A DNA stretch of 64,000 bases from NCBI GenBank assembly GCA_040326155.1, contig JBEQLE010000002.1, positions 1 to 64,000 of the forward strand. Reading direction: 5' to 3'. The position numbers and the translations under genes were made by a program. This document shows, in pieces, positions 41,789-52,303 of this stretch; positions within the stretch are counted from its first letter, which is position 1; each line of letters begins with the position of its first letter. Source of the stretch: Leptospirales bacterium (GTDB lineage Bacteria > Spirochaetota > Leptospiria > Turneriellales > JAOUFE01). The notes beneath the pieces are model-generated. The model did no database searches. It was not told where the DNA came from and worked only from the letters and a program-made list of their open reading frames with translations.

Positions 41789-42916
41789 ATGAAGGTGTTA
41801 TATATTTTTAGAAAATGTCCGGTCAGTATAGGCCAAGGAGGTGTGATTATGCCGCCATATTTTTTGTCTAATAGAAACGGCTATCAAGTTGTTACAATAG
41901 CGCCCGAATGCGATAATAATAATGAAGTAACATTTCAATTTCCCGATAACGTATGTACTTATCATTACAACAAGGATATAAATCATTTTAGAAAAGTGCA
42001 ATTTATAATGAATATTCTCAAGCGGGAAAAGCCGGATATTGTTCATGTCTTTATCGCAAAATCATATTATTGGTTACCGGTATTCATATCCTTGTTTAAA
42101 TTTGGAAAAAAGGAAGAGGCATGGTTACTTGATATACAATCACCCGCGATAAGCCAGAAAAAAAAAGCTAAATGGAGATCATTGATAAAACCGATTAAAC
42201 AAATTGGTTACGATGCAGTGTGTACTCTTAACAGGGCTTCTGCCTTGTCCCATTTAGGACATATTTTTAAACCAGTTTTTATAGTTAGACTCGGTTATTC
42301 TCCAGAAATAAGCTGCAAGAAACTCAGTAAAAAAAATACCGAGGTCAAACCGGTAAAATTTCTATATATGGGTGCCATATCAAAAGCCAGGAAATTAGAA
42401 GGTTTGTTAGAATCAATATTGATTCTAAAGGAAAAATATCATATTACAAATGTAATTCAGTTTGACTTTTATGGAAATGGAGATTATGTTAATGAATTAG
42501 TTGACTTTGTAAAACAGAAAAAACTGATTAACATTGTTAAATATAAAGGCGTGCTATCATATGAAAATATAATTGTCAAGATGAAAGATTATGACGTCGG
42601 CTTTTCTTATCTGCCTATTAACACTTTTTATAACAAATCACCAGTTTCAAAAACTATCGAGTACATTGCTGCTGGTTTATATGTTATCGCCAGTAACACC
42701 TGGGCAAACCGAGAGATCATCGTTCATGGAAAAAATGGTTTACTTACTGACAATGATCCTGAGCAATTAGCGCAGGTAATTAACGATTTAATTACGAAGG
42801 GGATTAGTTCGAAATACATTCTCAATTCCGGTGATTTATTAAAAGAATACTCTTGGGAACATATTGTTCAATCCCAGTATATTCCCATGTACAAAAGTAT
42901 TCTTGAACATACATGA
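41789..42916 (+). CDS. GT4 glycosyltransferase
   Basis: YMGAISKARKL, KTIEYIAAG and EIIVHGKNGLL motifs. Confidence 0.87.
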   Translation: MKVLYIFRKCPVSIGQGGVIMPPYFLSNRNGYQVVTIAPECDNNNEVTFQFPDNVCTYHYNKDINHFRKVQFIMNILKREKPDIVHVFIAKSYYWLPVFISLFKFGKKEEAWLLDIQSPAISQKKKAKWRSLIKPIKQIGYDAVCTLNRASALSHLGHIFKPVFIVRLGYSPEISCKKLSKKNTEVKPVKFLYMGAISKARKLEGLLESILILKEKYHITNVIQFDFYGNGDYVNELVDFVKQKKLINIVKYKGVLSYENIIVKMKDYDVGFSYLPINTFYNKSPVSKTIEYIAAGLYVIASNTWANREIIVHGKNGLLTDNDPEQLAQVINDLITKGISSKYILNSGDLLKEYSWEHIVQSQYIPMYKSILEHT

Positions 42917-43003
42917 ATTTTATATGAGATAAATTCGCAATCAGGTTTATTAAAAGAAATCAGCACAGCTTTACTTGCACCGATATTAAGGAAATATATT
43001 GCC

Positions 43004-44146
43004 ATGAAAAAAACAGCTCTAATTACAGGTGTCACCGGCCAGGACGGCGCCTATCTTTCAGAATTTCTATTGAATAAAGGTTATGATGTACACGGGATTA
43101 AAAGACGCAGTTCCCTGTTTAACACGGACCGAATCGACCACCTTTATCAGGATCCCCATGAGAGTAATGTAAAGTTTGCACTACATTATGGCGATATGAC
43201 TGATTCAACGAATTTACTTAGCATTATACAGAAGGTGCAACCTGATGAAATTTATAATTTGGCTGCGATGTCCCATGTTGCAGTTTCGTTTGAGACGCCT
43301 GAATATACGGCGAACGCGGATGGAACTGGTTCTTTGAGAATATTGGACGCTGTTCGTTTGCTTGGTTTAACTGAAAAAACCAGAATATACCAGGCCTCAA
43401 CCAGTGAACTGTATGGATTGGTGCAAGAAGTACCGCAAACTGAAAAAACACCTTTTTATCCACGCAGTCCTTATGCTGTGGCAAAGCTCTATGCTTACTG
43501 GATAACCGTTAATTATCGTGAAGCGTATAACATGTTTGCATGTAACGGAATTTTATTTAATCATGAAAGCCCGGTTCGAGGGGAAACTTTTGTAACTCGA
43601 AAAATTACCAGGGCTGCTTCAAAAATTTCATTGGGCCTTCAAGAGAAACTATTTCTGGGAAATCTTAATGCTAAACGAGACTGGGGTCATGCAAAAGACT
43701 ATGTGGAAATGATGTGGTTGATTTTGCAACATGATGCCCCCGAAGATTGGGTTATTGCTACTGGTAAAACTACCCCGGTTCGGGATTTTGTGAAAATGGC
43801 CTTTTCTTTTACTGGTATTGAACTGGAGTTTTCTGGTGAAGGGGTCGATGAGAAAGGTATTATCTCAAACATTGATGTCGATAAGTTCACTTCAGTAGTA
43901 GGTAAACCTCCAACCAGTTTATCACAAGGGCAAACGCTTGTTGAGGTGGATTCTCGTTATTTTCGACCCACTGAAGTGGATCTGTTAATTGGCGATGCTA
44001 CCAAGGCTAAAGAAAAACTGGGTTGGGTACCGAAATTTTCATTGGATGAACTTGTGACCGATATGATGAAATCGGATATTCATTTAATGAAAAAAGATAA
44101 GTATTTAGCGGAAGGCGGATTTGACATTCTAAATTATTATGAATAA
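43004..44146 (+). CDS. gmd: GDP-mannose 4,6-dehydratase
   Basis: [30 protein letters not shown] and [17 protein letters not shown] motifs. Confidence 0.97.
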   Translation: MKKTALITGVTGQDGAYLSEFLLNKGYDVHGIKRRSSLFNTDRIDHLYQDPHESNVKFALHYGDMTDSTNLLSIIQKVQPDEIYNLAAMSHVAVSFETPEYTANADGTGSLRILDAVRLLGLTEKTRIYQASTSELYGLVQEVPQTEKTPFYPRSPYAVAKLYAYWITVNYREAYNMFACNGILFNHESPVRGETFVTRKITRAASKISLGLQEKLFLGNLNAKRDWGHAKDYVEMMWLILQHDAPEDWVIATGKTTPVRDFVKMAFSFTGIELEFSGEGVDEKGIISNIDVDKFTSVVGKPPTSLSQGQTLVEVDSRYFRPTEVDLLIGDATKAKEKLGWVPKFSLDELVTDMMKSDIHLMKKDKYLAEGGFDILNYYE

Positions 44147-45185
44147 AAACAGTAAAATATACATAGCTGGACACGGCGGGCTGGTCGGCGGGGCCATTTT
44201 ACGTAATCTGCAAAGTCAAGGGTATGAAAACATAATTACCCGTACAAGCAAAGAGCTTGACTTGAAAAACCAGTTGGAAACGACACAGTTTTTTGAAGAG
44301 AATAAACCTGAATTTGTTTTTTTGGCAGCGGCAAAGGTCGGGGGAATTATTGCAAATAATATGTACAGAGGTGAGTTTATTTATGACAATATTCTCATTC
44401 AATCGAATGTCATTCACAATGCATATAAGAATTCGGTCAAAAAACTTTTGTTTTTAGGAAGTAGCTGTATTTACCCAAAGATGGCACCACAGCCGATGCC
44501 TGAAAACGCATTACTTACAGGTGAGTTGGAATATACGAATGAACCTTACGCGATAGCAAAAATTGCGGGTATAAAAATGTGTGAAAGTTATAATCTGCAA
44601 TATGGAACAAACTTTATTTCGGCGATGCCTACTAATCTGTACGGCCCAGGTGATAATTTTGATTTAGATAAATCACATGTTTTGCCAGCGATTGTTCGTA
44701 AGGTTTATCTTGCCAGTTTGATGAGAGAAAAAAAATATGATATAATACGCCAAGATCTGGCAGTTTCAACTGACGTGGAAGCGCGTCAAATATTGGATGA
44801 ACATGGGGTTTGTGCAAAGAAAATAACATTATGGGGTAGCGGAAGACCACTACGTGAGTTTTTGTGGTCAGAAGATCTGGCCAAGGCCTGTATATTCTTA
44901 ATGAACAGTGTCAATTTTTCGGATTTGAGTAAAAATATGAAAGAGGTTCGAAATACTCACATAAATATCGGGTCGGGTATAGATTTATCTATACGTGAAC
45001 TTGCTCATCTTGTTAAAGAGATAATTGGGTATACTGGAGATATTCTATTTGATGAAACCAAACCGGATGGCACACCACGGAAACTTACCGATGTCACAAA
45101 AATCCATAATTTGGGTTGGAGGCATAAAGTTGAACTTCCCGAAGGTATAGAAAAGTTGTATAATTTATATAGGGGTGATATTTAG
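44139..45185 (+). CDS. fcl: GDP-L-fucose synthase
   Basis: [33 protein letters not shown] and KPDGTPRK motifs. Confidence 0.96.
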   Translation: MNKNSKIYIAGHGGLVGGAILRNLQSQGYENIITRTSKELDLKNQLETTQFFEENKPEFVFLAAAKVGGIIANNMYRGEFIYDNILIQSNVIHNAYKNSVKKLLFLGSSCIYPKMAPQPMPENALLTGELEYTNEPYAIAKIAGIKMCESYNLQYGTNFISAMPTNLYGPGDNFDLDKSHVLPAIVRKVYLASLMREKKYDIIRQDLAVSTDVEARQILDEHGVCAKKITLWGSGRPLREFLWSEDLAKACIFLMNSVNFSDLSKNMKEVRNTHINIGSGIDLSIRELAHLVKEIIGYTGDILFDETKPDGTPRKLTDVTKIHNLGWRHKVELPEGIEKLYNLYRGDI

Positions 45186-45258
45186 TTCATCCTGAGATTG
45201 TTTATGTCGGGTTTCTTTGGGTTGACCCCACTGAGGCCAGTGAATATAGGACTACGGA

Positions 45259-45287
45259 TGCACTTTCACCTTGAAGGTGAAAGTGCA
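45259..45287. repeat. 29-bp near-perfect palindrome (14-bp arms, 1-nt centre)
   Basis: TGCACTTTCACCTT-G-AAGGTGAAAGTGCA in the spacer after fcl. Confidence 0.9.
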
Positions 45288-45343
45288 GAGGCTTACTCGA
45301 GTATTTTAAATGGTTTGAAATTTTTATAGAGTAAAGGAAAAGC

Positions 45344-46267
45344 ATGAATATATTAGTTACCGGCGGTGCTGGATTTATTGGATCACACATCGTTGATTAC
45401 TTGGTTGAAGATGGGCACAAGGTAGCCGTCCTTGATAATCTTTCTGCCGGCATGGAAAAAAATGTGAATTCGGCAGCCATGTTTTTTAAAGCGGACATTA
45501 ACGATGTTTCGTTCGTAAACAAGGTTTTTTCGGACTGGAAACCGGATATTGTTTACCATATGGCTGCCCAGATTGATGTACGCATATCGATGAACGACCC
45601 GGTATTCGATGCCGATCAAAATATTTTAGGTTCCCTTCGATTACTCGAATGTTGTAAAAAGCATAAAGTTAAAAAGGTAATTTTTGCATCTACCGGTGGA
45701 GCAATTTACGGAGAACAGGAATATTATCCTGCAAATGAGAATCATCCGGTAAATCCTGTCTCGCCGTACGGAATAGCCAAATTAACTGTTGAAAAATATC
45801 TGTATTATTATAAAGTTCAATATGGATTATCGTATGTCTCTTTGCGATATGCAAATGTCTACGGGCCGCGTCAAAACTCAAAAGGTGAAGCCGGAGTTGT
45901 GGCAATATTTGCACAAAAATTACTTAATAAAGAACCGGCGGTTATTAACGGGGATGGAAAACAAACTCGTGATTTTGTTTTTGTTCATGATATCGCAAAG
46001 TATAACAGACTGGCTATTCAACATGACATTGAGGGTATTTTCAATATTGGCACAGGCGTTGAAACCACTGTAAATGAGATTTACACTGAAATTGCCGCTG
46101 CAGCCGGTATCGACACACCCCCCCAGCACGCAAAAGCGATACCTGGAGAACAAGAACGCAGCTCAATAAATGGAGACAGGGCGGTGGTTCGCTTTGGAGT
46201 GAAACCTGAAGTTTCGGTCAGCGAAGGTATTGAAAATACCGTACAATGGTTTAAGTTGAACCGTTGA
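45344..46267 (+). CDS. UDP-glucose/GlcNAc 4-epimerase-like SDR
   Basis: TGGAGFIG, AAQIDVR, STGGAIYG, SPYGIAK and NVYGPRQ motifs. Confidence 0.88.
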   Translation: MNILVTGGAGFIGSHIVDYLVEDGHKVAVLDNLSAGMEKNVNSAAMFFKADINDVSFVNKVFSDWKPDIVYHMAAQIDVRISMNDPVFDADQNILGSLRLLECCKKHKVKKVIFASTGGAIYGEQEYYPANENHPVNPVSPYGIAKLTVEKYLYYYKVQYGLSYVSLRYANVYGPRQNSKGEAGVVAIFAQKLLNKEPAVINGDGKQTRDFVFVHDIAKYNRLAIQHDIEGIFNIGTGVETTVNEIYTEIAAAAGIDTPPQHAKAIPGEQERSSINGDRAVVRFGVKPEVSVSEGIENTVQWFKLNR

Positions 46268-46309
46268 CAGGAAAATCGGATGAATTATAATTAACATTTT
46301 GGAGTATAC

Positions 46310-47359
46310 ATGAATAACTATTTTAGCAATAAAAAGATTTTAATTACCGGTGCTGCGGGTACAATTGGAAGAGAGCTGATCAAACAGTTGCTTGAATTTG
46401 AAGTGCGCGAAATAAAAGCCATTGATAATAATGAAGCGGAACTGTTTTATTTAAATGAGAAGTACCGCAACGAAACACGAATGAACGGTTTTTTCTGTGA
46501 TATTCGTGATTTAAGTCGCCTTTCATACCTGTGTAAAGATGTCGAAATTATTTTACACACGGCGGCCATGAAACATGTTATTATCAGTGAAATTGCTCCG
46601 CTTGACGCTGTTAAAACCAACGCAACCGGAACTTCCAATGTAATTGAGGCGGCTCTGAATTCCGAGTGTATGGAGCGTGTAATTTACACCAGCAGCGATA
46701 AAGCTGTAAACCCTACAAACGTGATGGGTACGACCAAACTGCTCGGTGAAAGGCTGATGACGTCGGCTCTGAACATTCGAGGTTCACGAAATATAATTTT
46801 CAGCAGCACGCGTTTTGGTAATGTTATCGGTTCGAAAGGATCGGTTGTTCCGATTTTTTATAAGCAGGTTCGCGATGGTAATAAAATAACACTGACCGAT
46901 GAAAACATGACTCGCTTTATAATGACTATTCCAGAAGCTACGTCGCTCGTTTTAAGGGCTTCGATTCTAGCGAAAGGTGGGGAAGTTTTTGTAACGAAGA
47001 TGCCTGTTATGAAAATTGTTGACCTGGCCCATGCAATGATCGATCTTGCGGCTCCTCTATTCGGGAAAAAACCGGAAGATATTGGTATTGATATTATAGG
47101 TAAAAAACCGGGTGAAAAAATATACGAAGAGTTGATGACAGAAGAAGAGACGCACCGTGCGATTGAATTAAACGAGATGTTTGTGGTTAAACCTGCTTTT
47201 CCCCCCATCTATGAAAACATTGATTATCATGCATATTCGGACATTAAAAGCCTGAATGTTACCAATCCATACTTGAGTTCAGAAGAACCGGCAATGACAG
47301 TCGAACAGGTAAAAAAGTATTTACAAGAAAATCGAATTATTGAACTGATTTCGGAATAA
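46310..47359 (+). CDS. UDP-GlcNAc 4,6-dehydratase family (Polysacc_synt_2; CapE/PseB/FnlA-like)
   Basis: AAMKHV, SSDKAVNPTNVMGTTK, RFGNVIGS.GSV and GEKIYEEL motifs. Confidence 0.88.
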   Translation: MNNYFSNKKILITGAAGTIGRELIKQLLEFEVREIKAIDNNEAELFYLNEKYRNETRMNGFFCDIRDLSRLSYLCKDVEIILHTAAMKHVIISEIAPLDAVKTNATGTSNVIEAALNSECMERVIYTSSDKAVNPTNVMGTTKLLGERLMTSALNIRGSRNIIFSSTRFGNVIGSKGSVVPIFYKQVRDGNKITLTDENMTRFIMTIPEATSLVLRASILAKGGEVFVTKMPVMKIVDLAHAMIDLAAPLFGKKPEDIGIDIIGKKPGEKIYEELMTEEETHRAIELNEMFVVKPAFPPIYENIDYHAYSDIKSLNVTNPYLSSEEPAMTVEQVKKYLQENRIIELISE

Positions 47360-47394
47360 GCCCGGCCTGCATTCAATCAGCAAGTGCAAATATA

Positions 47395-48447
47395 ATGTTT
47401 GAACTAACAGAATTAAGAATATTTGGTTTATTGATTGGAGTAATCGTGCTGCTATTTGTTTTCAGTAAGTTGCGAGTACACTCCGAAAGCCGTAAGGGTG
47501 TATGGACGCTGATTTTATTTGCTTTTACCGTAGCGGTGGTATCCGTTTTCCCGTCCATCGTTAACATCCCGGCTGATCTGTTCTCGTTGGACAACCATCC
47601 TTCGGGAAGACTGATAACCTTGTTGATATTATCTACACTGCTTTTATGGCTAACCGTATTGTACGAGAGAGGAAAGCTTGCAGCTGTTCGTGGCCAGATG
47701 GACCGCTTTACCAGGAATGTCGCTCTAAAAGATTTTCATGATCAATATCAAAGTGTAACTATAAAAAACAGAATATTGATTTTAATTCCTGCTTTTGATG
47801 AAGCTGAAAACCTGTCTTCTTTACTACCAGGAATTCCCGATAAAATTCTTGGTAGAAAGGTAACGGTCATTGTCATTGATGATGGTAGCAAAGATGGAAC
47901 GGAGGCCGTCGCTAAAAAAGAGAAAGCAATGGTGGTCAGCCATCCGGTAAACAGAGGTGGAGGCGCCGCGTTAAAAACGGGATATGCTATTACCAGAGCC
48001 ATGGAAAATTGTATTATTGTTACGATGGATGGCGATGGCCAGCATGATCCATCCGAACTTGAGTCCCTTATAGAGCCGATCATTAAATCGGAAGCAGACT
48101 TTACAATTGGTTCTCGGGTACTCGGTGGAATGGACCGCTATTCCACCCTCCGGTTTGTTGGAGTGCACGTATTTAATTTCTTGATCAACAGAATGATGGG
48201 TGCAAAAATAACTGATTGCGCAAGTGGATATCGAGCATTTACCAGTAAACTTTTATTGGCGTGCGTATTGCAAGAAGAGCAATACCATACATCCGAGTTG
48301 ATCATTGAAGCATTGAAAAAAAAATTCAGAGTCAAAGACATACCTGTCCATATCGCAGCCCGTAAATTCGGACACAGTAAAAAAGGACACTCAATAAAGT
48401 ATGCATTTCTTTTCTTGAAAACAATAATAAAGACATGGTTGCGATAA
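47395..48447 (+). CDS. DUF2304-like membrane domain fused to a DPM1/GtrB-like polyprenyl-phosphate glycosyltransferase
   Basis: Three N-terminal TM helices; IPAFDE, IDDGSKD, NRGGGAA, MDGDGQHDP and ITDCASGYR motifs. Confidence 0.8.
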   Translation: MFELTELRIFGLLIGVIVLLFVFSKLRVHSESRKGVWTLILFAFTVAVVSVFPSIVNIPADLFSLDNHPSGRLITLLILSTLLLWLTVLYERGKLAAVRGQMDRFTRNVALKDFHDQYQSVTIKNRILILIPAFDEAENLSSLLPGIPDKILGRKVTVIVIDDGSKDGTEAVAKKEKAMVVSHPVNRGGGAALKTGYAITRAMENCIIVTMDGDGQHDPSELESLIEPIIKSEADFTIGSRVLGGMDRYSTLRFVGVHVFNFLINRMMGAKITDCASGYRAFTSKLLLACVLQEEQYHTSELIIEALKKKFRVKDIPVHIAARKFGHSKKGHSIKYAFLFLKTIIKTWLR

Positions 48448-48453
48448 AATAGC

Positions 48454-49377
48454 ATGAGCAATGAAATTGATACAAAAGTCGCTTTTATAGTCGGATCGCC
48501 CCGATCAGGGACGACGATATTAGGGGAAATACTTAATGAACACCCCCGTATGGCGCAATGGTATGAGCCTTATTTTATCTGGGATAAACATTTTCGAAAT
48601 GCGGAAAATGACCGGCGCACCCCGGAAGACGCGGAAATAAAAGTAGTCGATCAAATTCGAAAAGATTTCAGTCGTTATGCAAAAAACAGAGTAGTGGATG
48701 TTGTCATTGACAAGTCGCCGCGCAACAGTTTAACTATTGAATTCATCCTCGAGATCTTCCCGAACGCAAAATTTATTCATATATTACGCGACGGACGCGA
48801 TGTAACCAGTTCCATTCACCGGGAATGGAACAAAAGAATAAGTATTTTTAATAAAAATAATCGAGAACAAAAATTTGATTATAAGGCCGCTTTTTTAACT
48901 CTAAAAACATGGTTAGATCGACAACCCTTTTTGAGAGACAAATTGCGTGCATTTTGGCATGAAACGAACGGGCATTTATTCAATAAAGGAAAAACTTTAA
49001 ACAGGACGCGTTGGCATGGAAGAGTCGGATGGGGTCCACGCTATCAAAACTGGGAAGAAGATTTAATATCCGGAGAATTGATTGAGTTCAATGCAAGGCA
49101 ATGGTTGAACTGTGTTGATTCCATATTCAAGTCATGGCCGAAAATAAAAAAAGAAAACAAGCTTCTCATTAGATATGAAAATATGTTAATAAATCCGGAG
49201 AAAACTCTTTCTCAAGTCACAGAATTTCTCGGACTGGAGCCGTGCGTTGAGGTGACTGAAGCCGGTAAAGTTTTACGTCCCGGTAATACCGGGAAATGGG
49301 CCAAAGATTTATCGTCTGAAGATGTGAAATTGATTACACCGATTATTAAACCTATGCTGAAAAAAATCGGCTACTGA
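48454..49377 (+). CDS. Sulfotransferase
   Basis: IVGSPRSGTT, DKSP, IHILRDGRDV and IRYEN motifs. Confidence 0.9.
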   Translation: MSNEIDTKVAFIVGSPRSGTTILGEILNEHPRMAQWYEPYFIWDKHFRNAENDRRTPEDAEIKVVDQIRKDFSRYAKNRVVDVVIDKSPRNSLTIEFILEIFPNAKFIHILRDGRDVTSSIHREWNKRISIFNKNNREQKFDYKAAFLTLKTWLDRQPFLRDKLRAFWHETNGHLFNKGKTLNRTRWHGRVGWGPRYQNWEEDLISGELIEFNARQWLNCVDSIFKSWPKIKKENKLLIRYENMLINPEKTLSQVTEFLGLEPCVEVTEAGKVLRPGNTGKWAKDLSSEDVKLITPIIKPMLKKIGY

Positions 49378-49394
49378 ACTTAAAACCGGATTAT

Positions 49395-50378
49395 ATGAAA
49401 CTCCTGAAAATCCTTATCTCGGTCCTGGTTCTCGTATATCTGTTTTTTTTGATATCCTGGGAGCAGCTCTTACTGGCTTTGGAAAATTCGTCGCCAGGTT
49501 ATTACGTTTTTTCAGCTGCTATTGCAATGCTTGGTCCAATTGTTATGGGCCTGAAATATTATTATTTATTGAAAGGAACCGAGATACAAAAAAAAGCCGG
49601 TTTTATGGTGCGCGTAAATTACATCAGCAGGTACTATTCAATTTTACTTCCGAGCGGCGTGGGTCAACTGGCTGTTCGTTGGTACCAGGTCACCCGAAAT
49701 GAAACGGGCCGACTTCTCTTTTTCATGCTGAGCGTTTATGAACGAGTCTCTTTTATTTTGGTGGTGTGCATAATTTACTTCGCCACCGCCATGGTATATA
49801 AAAATGACAACAGGTTGTTTTTCAGCAGTGATTATGTCTTAACAGTTGTTTCTCTCGTACTTGCCTTTACAGTGGCGGTAATCCTGTATTTTAGATTAAA
49901 ATCTTTCCGAGCGCTGGTTTATAGACCGCTATCAAAGGTTTTCTCTTATGTACCTTTTGTTCACAAATTTTTCGAAAAAGTCAGCAAAAATGTATCCGAA
50001 GCCGCAGAAAAAACGATGGTTAATAATAAAAAAAATACCATTGAATCGATATTCAGTTTAATTTGGATATTGATATTTTTTATTAGATATTATTTCATTG
50101 CACAATCACTCCATCTAAATATCTCTTTTGTGGATATGTTTTTAGTCAGTATGGTGCTTATAGTTATCCAGATGCTGCCCATTTCGTTTTCCGGTGTCGG
50201 AGTCAGAGAGGGTGGTTTAATCCTCATGTACCAGACTCTGGGCGAAAGTCAGGAGGCAGCTGTATTAAGCGGTATAATGTTTTTCTCCCATATCCTTTTT
50301 ATTGCTTTATTCGGTATGGTGTTTTTGATACTCGGTAAATACGTTGATGGTAATGAAAAATCTAATATTACTGAATAG
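49395..50378 (+). CDS. LPG_synthase_TM (UPF0104) flippase-like membrane protein
   Basis: Multiple TM helices; LLPSGVG and LPISFSGVGVREG motifs. Confidence 0.8.
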   Translation: MKLLKILISVLVLVYLFFLISWEQLLLALENSSPGYYVFSAAIAMLGPIVMGLKYYYLLKGTEIQKKAGFMVRVNYISRYYSILLPSGVGQLAVRWYQVTRNETGRLLFFMLSVYERVSFILVVCIIYFATAMVYKNDNRLFFSSDYVLTVVSLVLAFTVAVILYFRLKSFRALVYRPLSKVFSYVPFVHKFFEKVSKNVSEAAEKTMVNNKKNTIESIFSLIWILIFFIRYYFIAQSLHLNISFVDMFLVSMVLIVIQMLPISFSGVGVREGGLILMYQTLGESQEAAVLSGIMFFSHILFIALFGMVFLILGKYVDGNEKSNITE

Positions 50379-50404
50379 CCCGGTTTGTCTCGTCAGGAAA
50401 TTCG

Positions 50405-52201
50405 ATGTACCTCGATAAATATAACAAATTTAATGATCTTGTTTTTTCCCGAAAGTATTTAACGTTTACTTTCGCCGTTGCCGTATCGATGCTGGTCGCA
50501 CTCTATAATCTTAATCTGAATTTCTCGAGAGATGGCCTGTTCTATTTATCCATGACCGTAGATCCTCAAGGGTTTAACAATATTCGGCCAGGGTATATTT
50601 TTTTCTCAAGTATTTTTAATTCATTTATAACAGATCCATTATATTCTGCCATTGTATTTCAAACCGCTCAGGAATTTATTTTTTTTCTATGTCTGACTTT
50701 ATTTTTTCTTGTTCAACGAAATATTACGGGACTATTGATTTCGCTGGTGTTGGCAACATTTTCCTCATTCCATTTTAAGATATACACGCACTTCCTGATT
50801 GACAGTTTTGTAGCAACACAGGCCTCCGCAGTACTTTTGAGTGCATGGGTGTATTATTTTCGGAAGCCCTCCAAGACTATAAAATATACATCTCTGATAC
50901 TGTATACGGCCGTATTGCCGGTTATTGCTGCTCTGGGCAAGCCGTTGGTTATAAGCATTTACGTTGGCGTTCTTTTCTACGTAGTTTTAGAAATTATTTA
51001 CGATCGTATAAAAAATGGTAAATTCAAGAATTTGCAAAACTTTTTGTTCTCTTTAATTCCAATTATAATAATTATTGTCTTAATTAAAATCAGCTCTTCC
51101 GAGCGAGCGGTTGGTAAACATTCATCAAATGTTTTAGAATATTACCAGTCGGTGCTATCTGCGGGTTCAATCTCTCAGTTATTCAAACCTGTAATAAATT
51201 TTTTTCATTCTTATATTATTGAAATTTTCGGTACGGTCCAAATATTTATTTTGCCTGTAATCTTGTTAATTATTGCCTCCTTTAAATCAAAAAAGTCTCG
51301 GTTTTTTCTTTGTATTCTTGCAGGACATCTGCCTATAGTTTTTATCCTGGGCACTTCTGGCCTCCGGGCGGGCCAGGCAGTTACACTGTTTGTAAGCTGG
51401 GTTTTTATGTTTGGTTTCGTCGCTGTGGAAACCTATAATCAGTGGAAGCCGAAACTCGAGAAGTTGAGTAAAAACCAATCTCGTTGGGGGGGAGCTTCTT
51501 TAATCTTGATATTAATTTTATTTCTACCAGGTTCGAAGTTCGATGGGAGGATATTGTCGAGAGCTAAACCGTTTACCGTCTCAAGTAAATTGTTGAAAGT
51601 TAAAGAAAATCTTTATCAATTGGATATGGCGGATAATACCGTAATTTATTACGATTATCCGATTGCGCCATACCTTAAGTCTTTTACAAAAGTGTATTCA
51701 AAAGGTTTCAAACATTTTACATCCATGTATCGGGTGGACAATGTCTCCTTAAAAGAAAATGCGCCGGAAAATTATGTTACCCCGGGTATTCTTTTTCAAA
51801 AATGGTGGCCAAACAGTGAGAGTCAGAACCTGTTGTACTTTAGAGGTCAATCGCCCAGGCACGAGACATTTTTCATAGATTTATGTAAGTGGAATGATCG
51901 TTCAAATATTGGTGATATTGTAGTTTTGCATAAGAGTAGGTGGAAGCATCTTGTTCCGATCTTAGAAAAACAATTTGCACTAATAAAAGTAAATGAGTTT
52001 ACGGGCTTCAACGTTTATAAAATTCAGAAAAAAAGGGAGTGTCTCGTTCAAGGAAATTTATTGATTCATAATAGTATTGCCAAAACAGTGCGTAAGAACG
52101 CAATTTACGATTTCAGTCAAATGAATGGATTTAAAAATAACGGTTGGGAAGAGTTTAAAAATCTCTCTTTTTCCGGTTATTATACCGTCCCGCTACGATA
52201 A
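50405..52201 (+). CDS. Polytopic membrane protein with a soluble C-domain; putative GT-C glycosyltransferase
   Basis: Many TM helices; early-loop SRDGLFYL...IRPGY is typical of GT-C; adjacent to a DPM-like GT and a flippase-like gene. Confidence 0.5.
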   Translation: MYLDKYNKFNDLVFSRKYLTFTFAVAVSMLVALYNLNLNFSRDGLFYLSMTVDPQGFNNIRPGYIFFSSIFNSFITDPLYSAIVFQTAQEFIFFLCLTLFFLVQRNITGLLISLVLATFSSFHFKIYTHFLIDSFVATQASAVLLSAWVYYFRKPSKTIKYTSLILYTAVLPVIAALGKPLVISIYVGVLFYVVLEIIYDRIKNGKFKNLQNFLFSLIPIIIIIVLIKISSSERAVGKHSSNVLEYYQSVLSAGSISQLFKPVINFFHSYIIEIFGTVQIFILPVILLIIASFKSKKSRFFLCILAGHLPIVFILGTSGLRAGQAVTLFVSWVFMFGFVAVETYNQWKPKLEKLSKNQSRWGGASLILILILFLPGSKFDGRILSRAKPFTVSSKLLKVKENLYQLDMADNTVIYYDYPIAPYLKSFTKVYSKGFKHFTSMYRVDNVSLKENAPENYVTPGILFQKWWPNSESQNLLYFRGQSPRHETFFIDLCKWNDRSNIGDIVVLHKSRWKHLVPILEKQFALIKVNEFTGFNVYKIQKKRECLVQGNLLIHNSIAKTVRKNAIYDFSQMNGFKNNGWEEFKNLSFSGYYTVPLR

Positions 52202-52303
52202 GGATATAGTCTGCGGTTGTAAAAAAGGTTTACAGGGAATTTGCTTTATTGAAACTATTAAAGAGCAACTCTGAAATACGGAGTTTGCTAATAAGGAGAA
52301 ATT

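Noticed and set aside
45190..45300. Hammerhead or other ribozyme in the structured spacer
   Set aside because: CTGA motifs are present, but no CUGANGA...GAAA core with proper stems could be assembled by eye.
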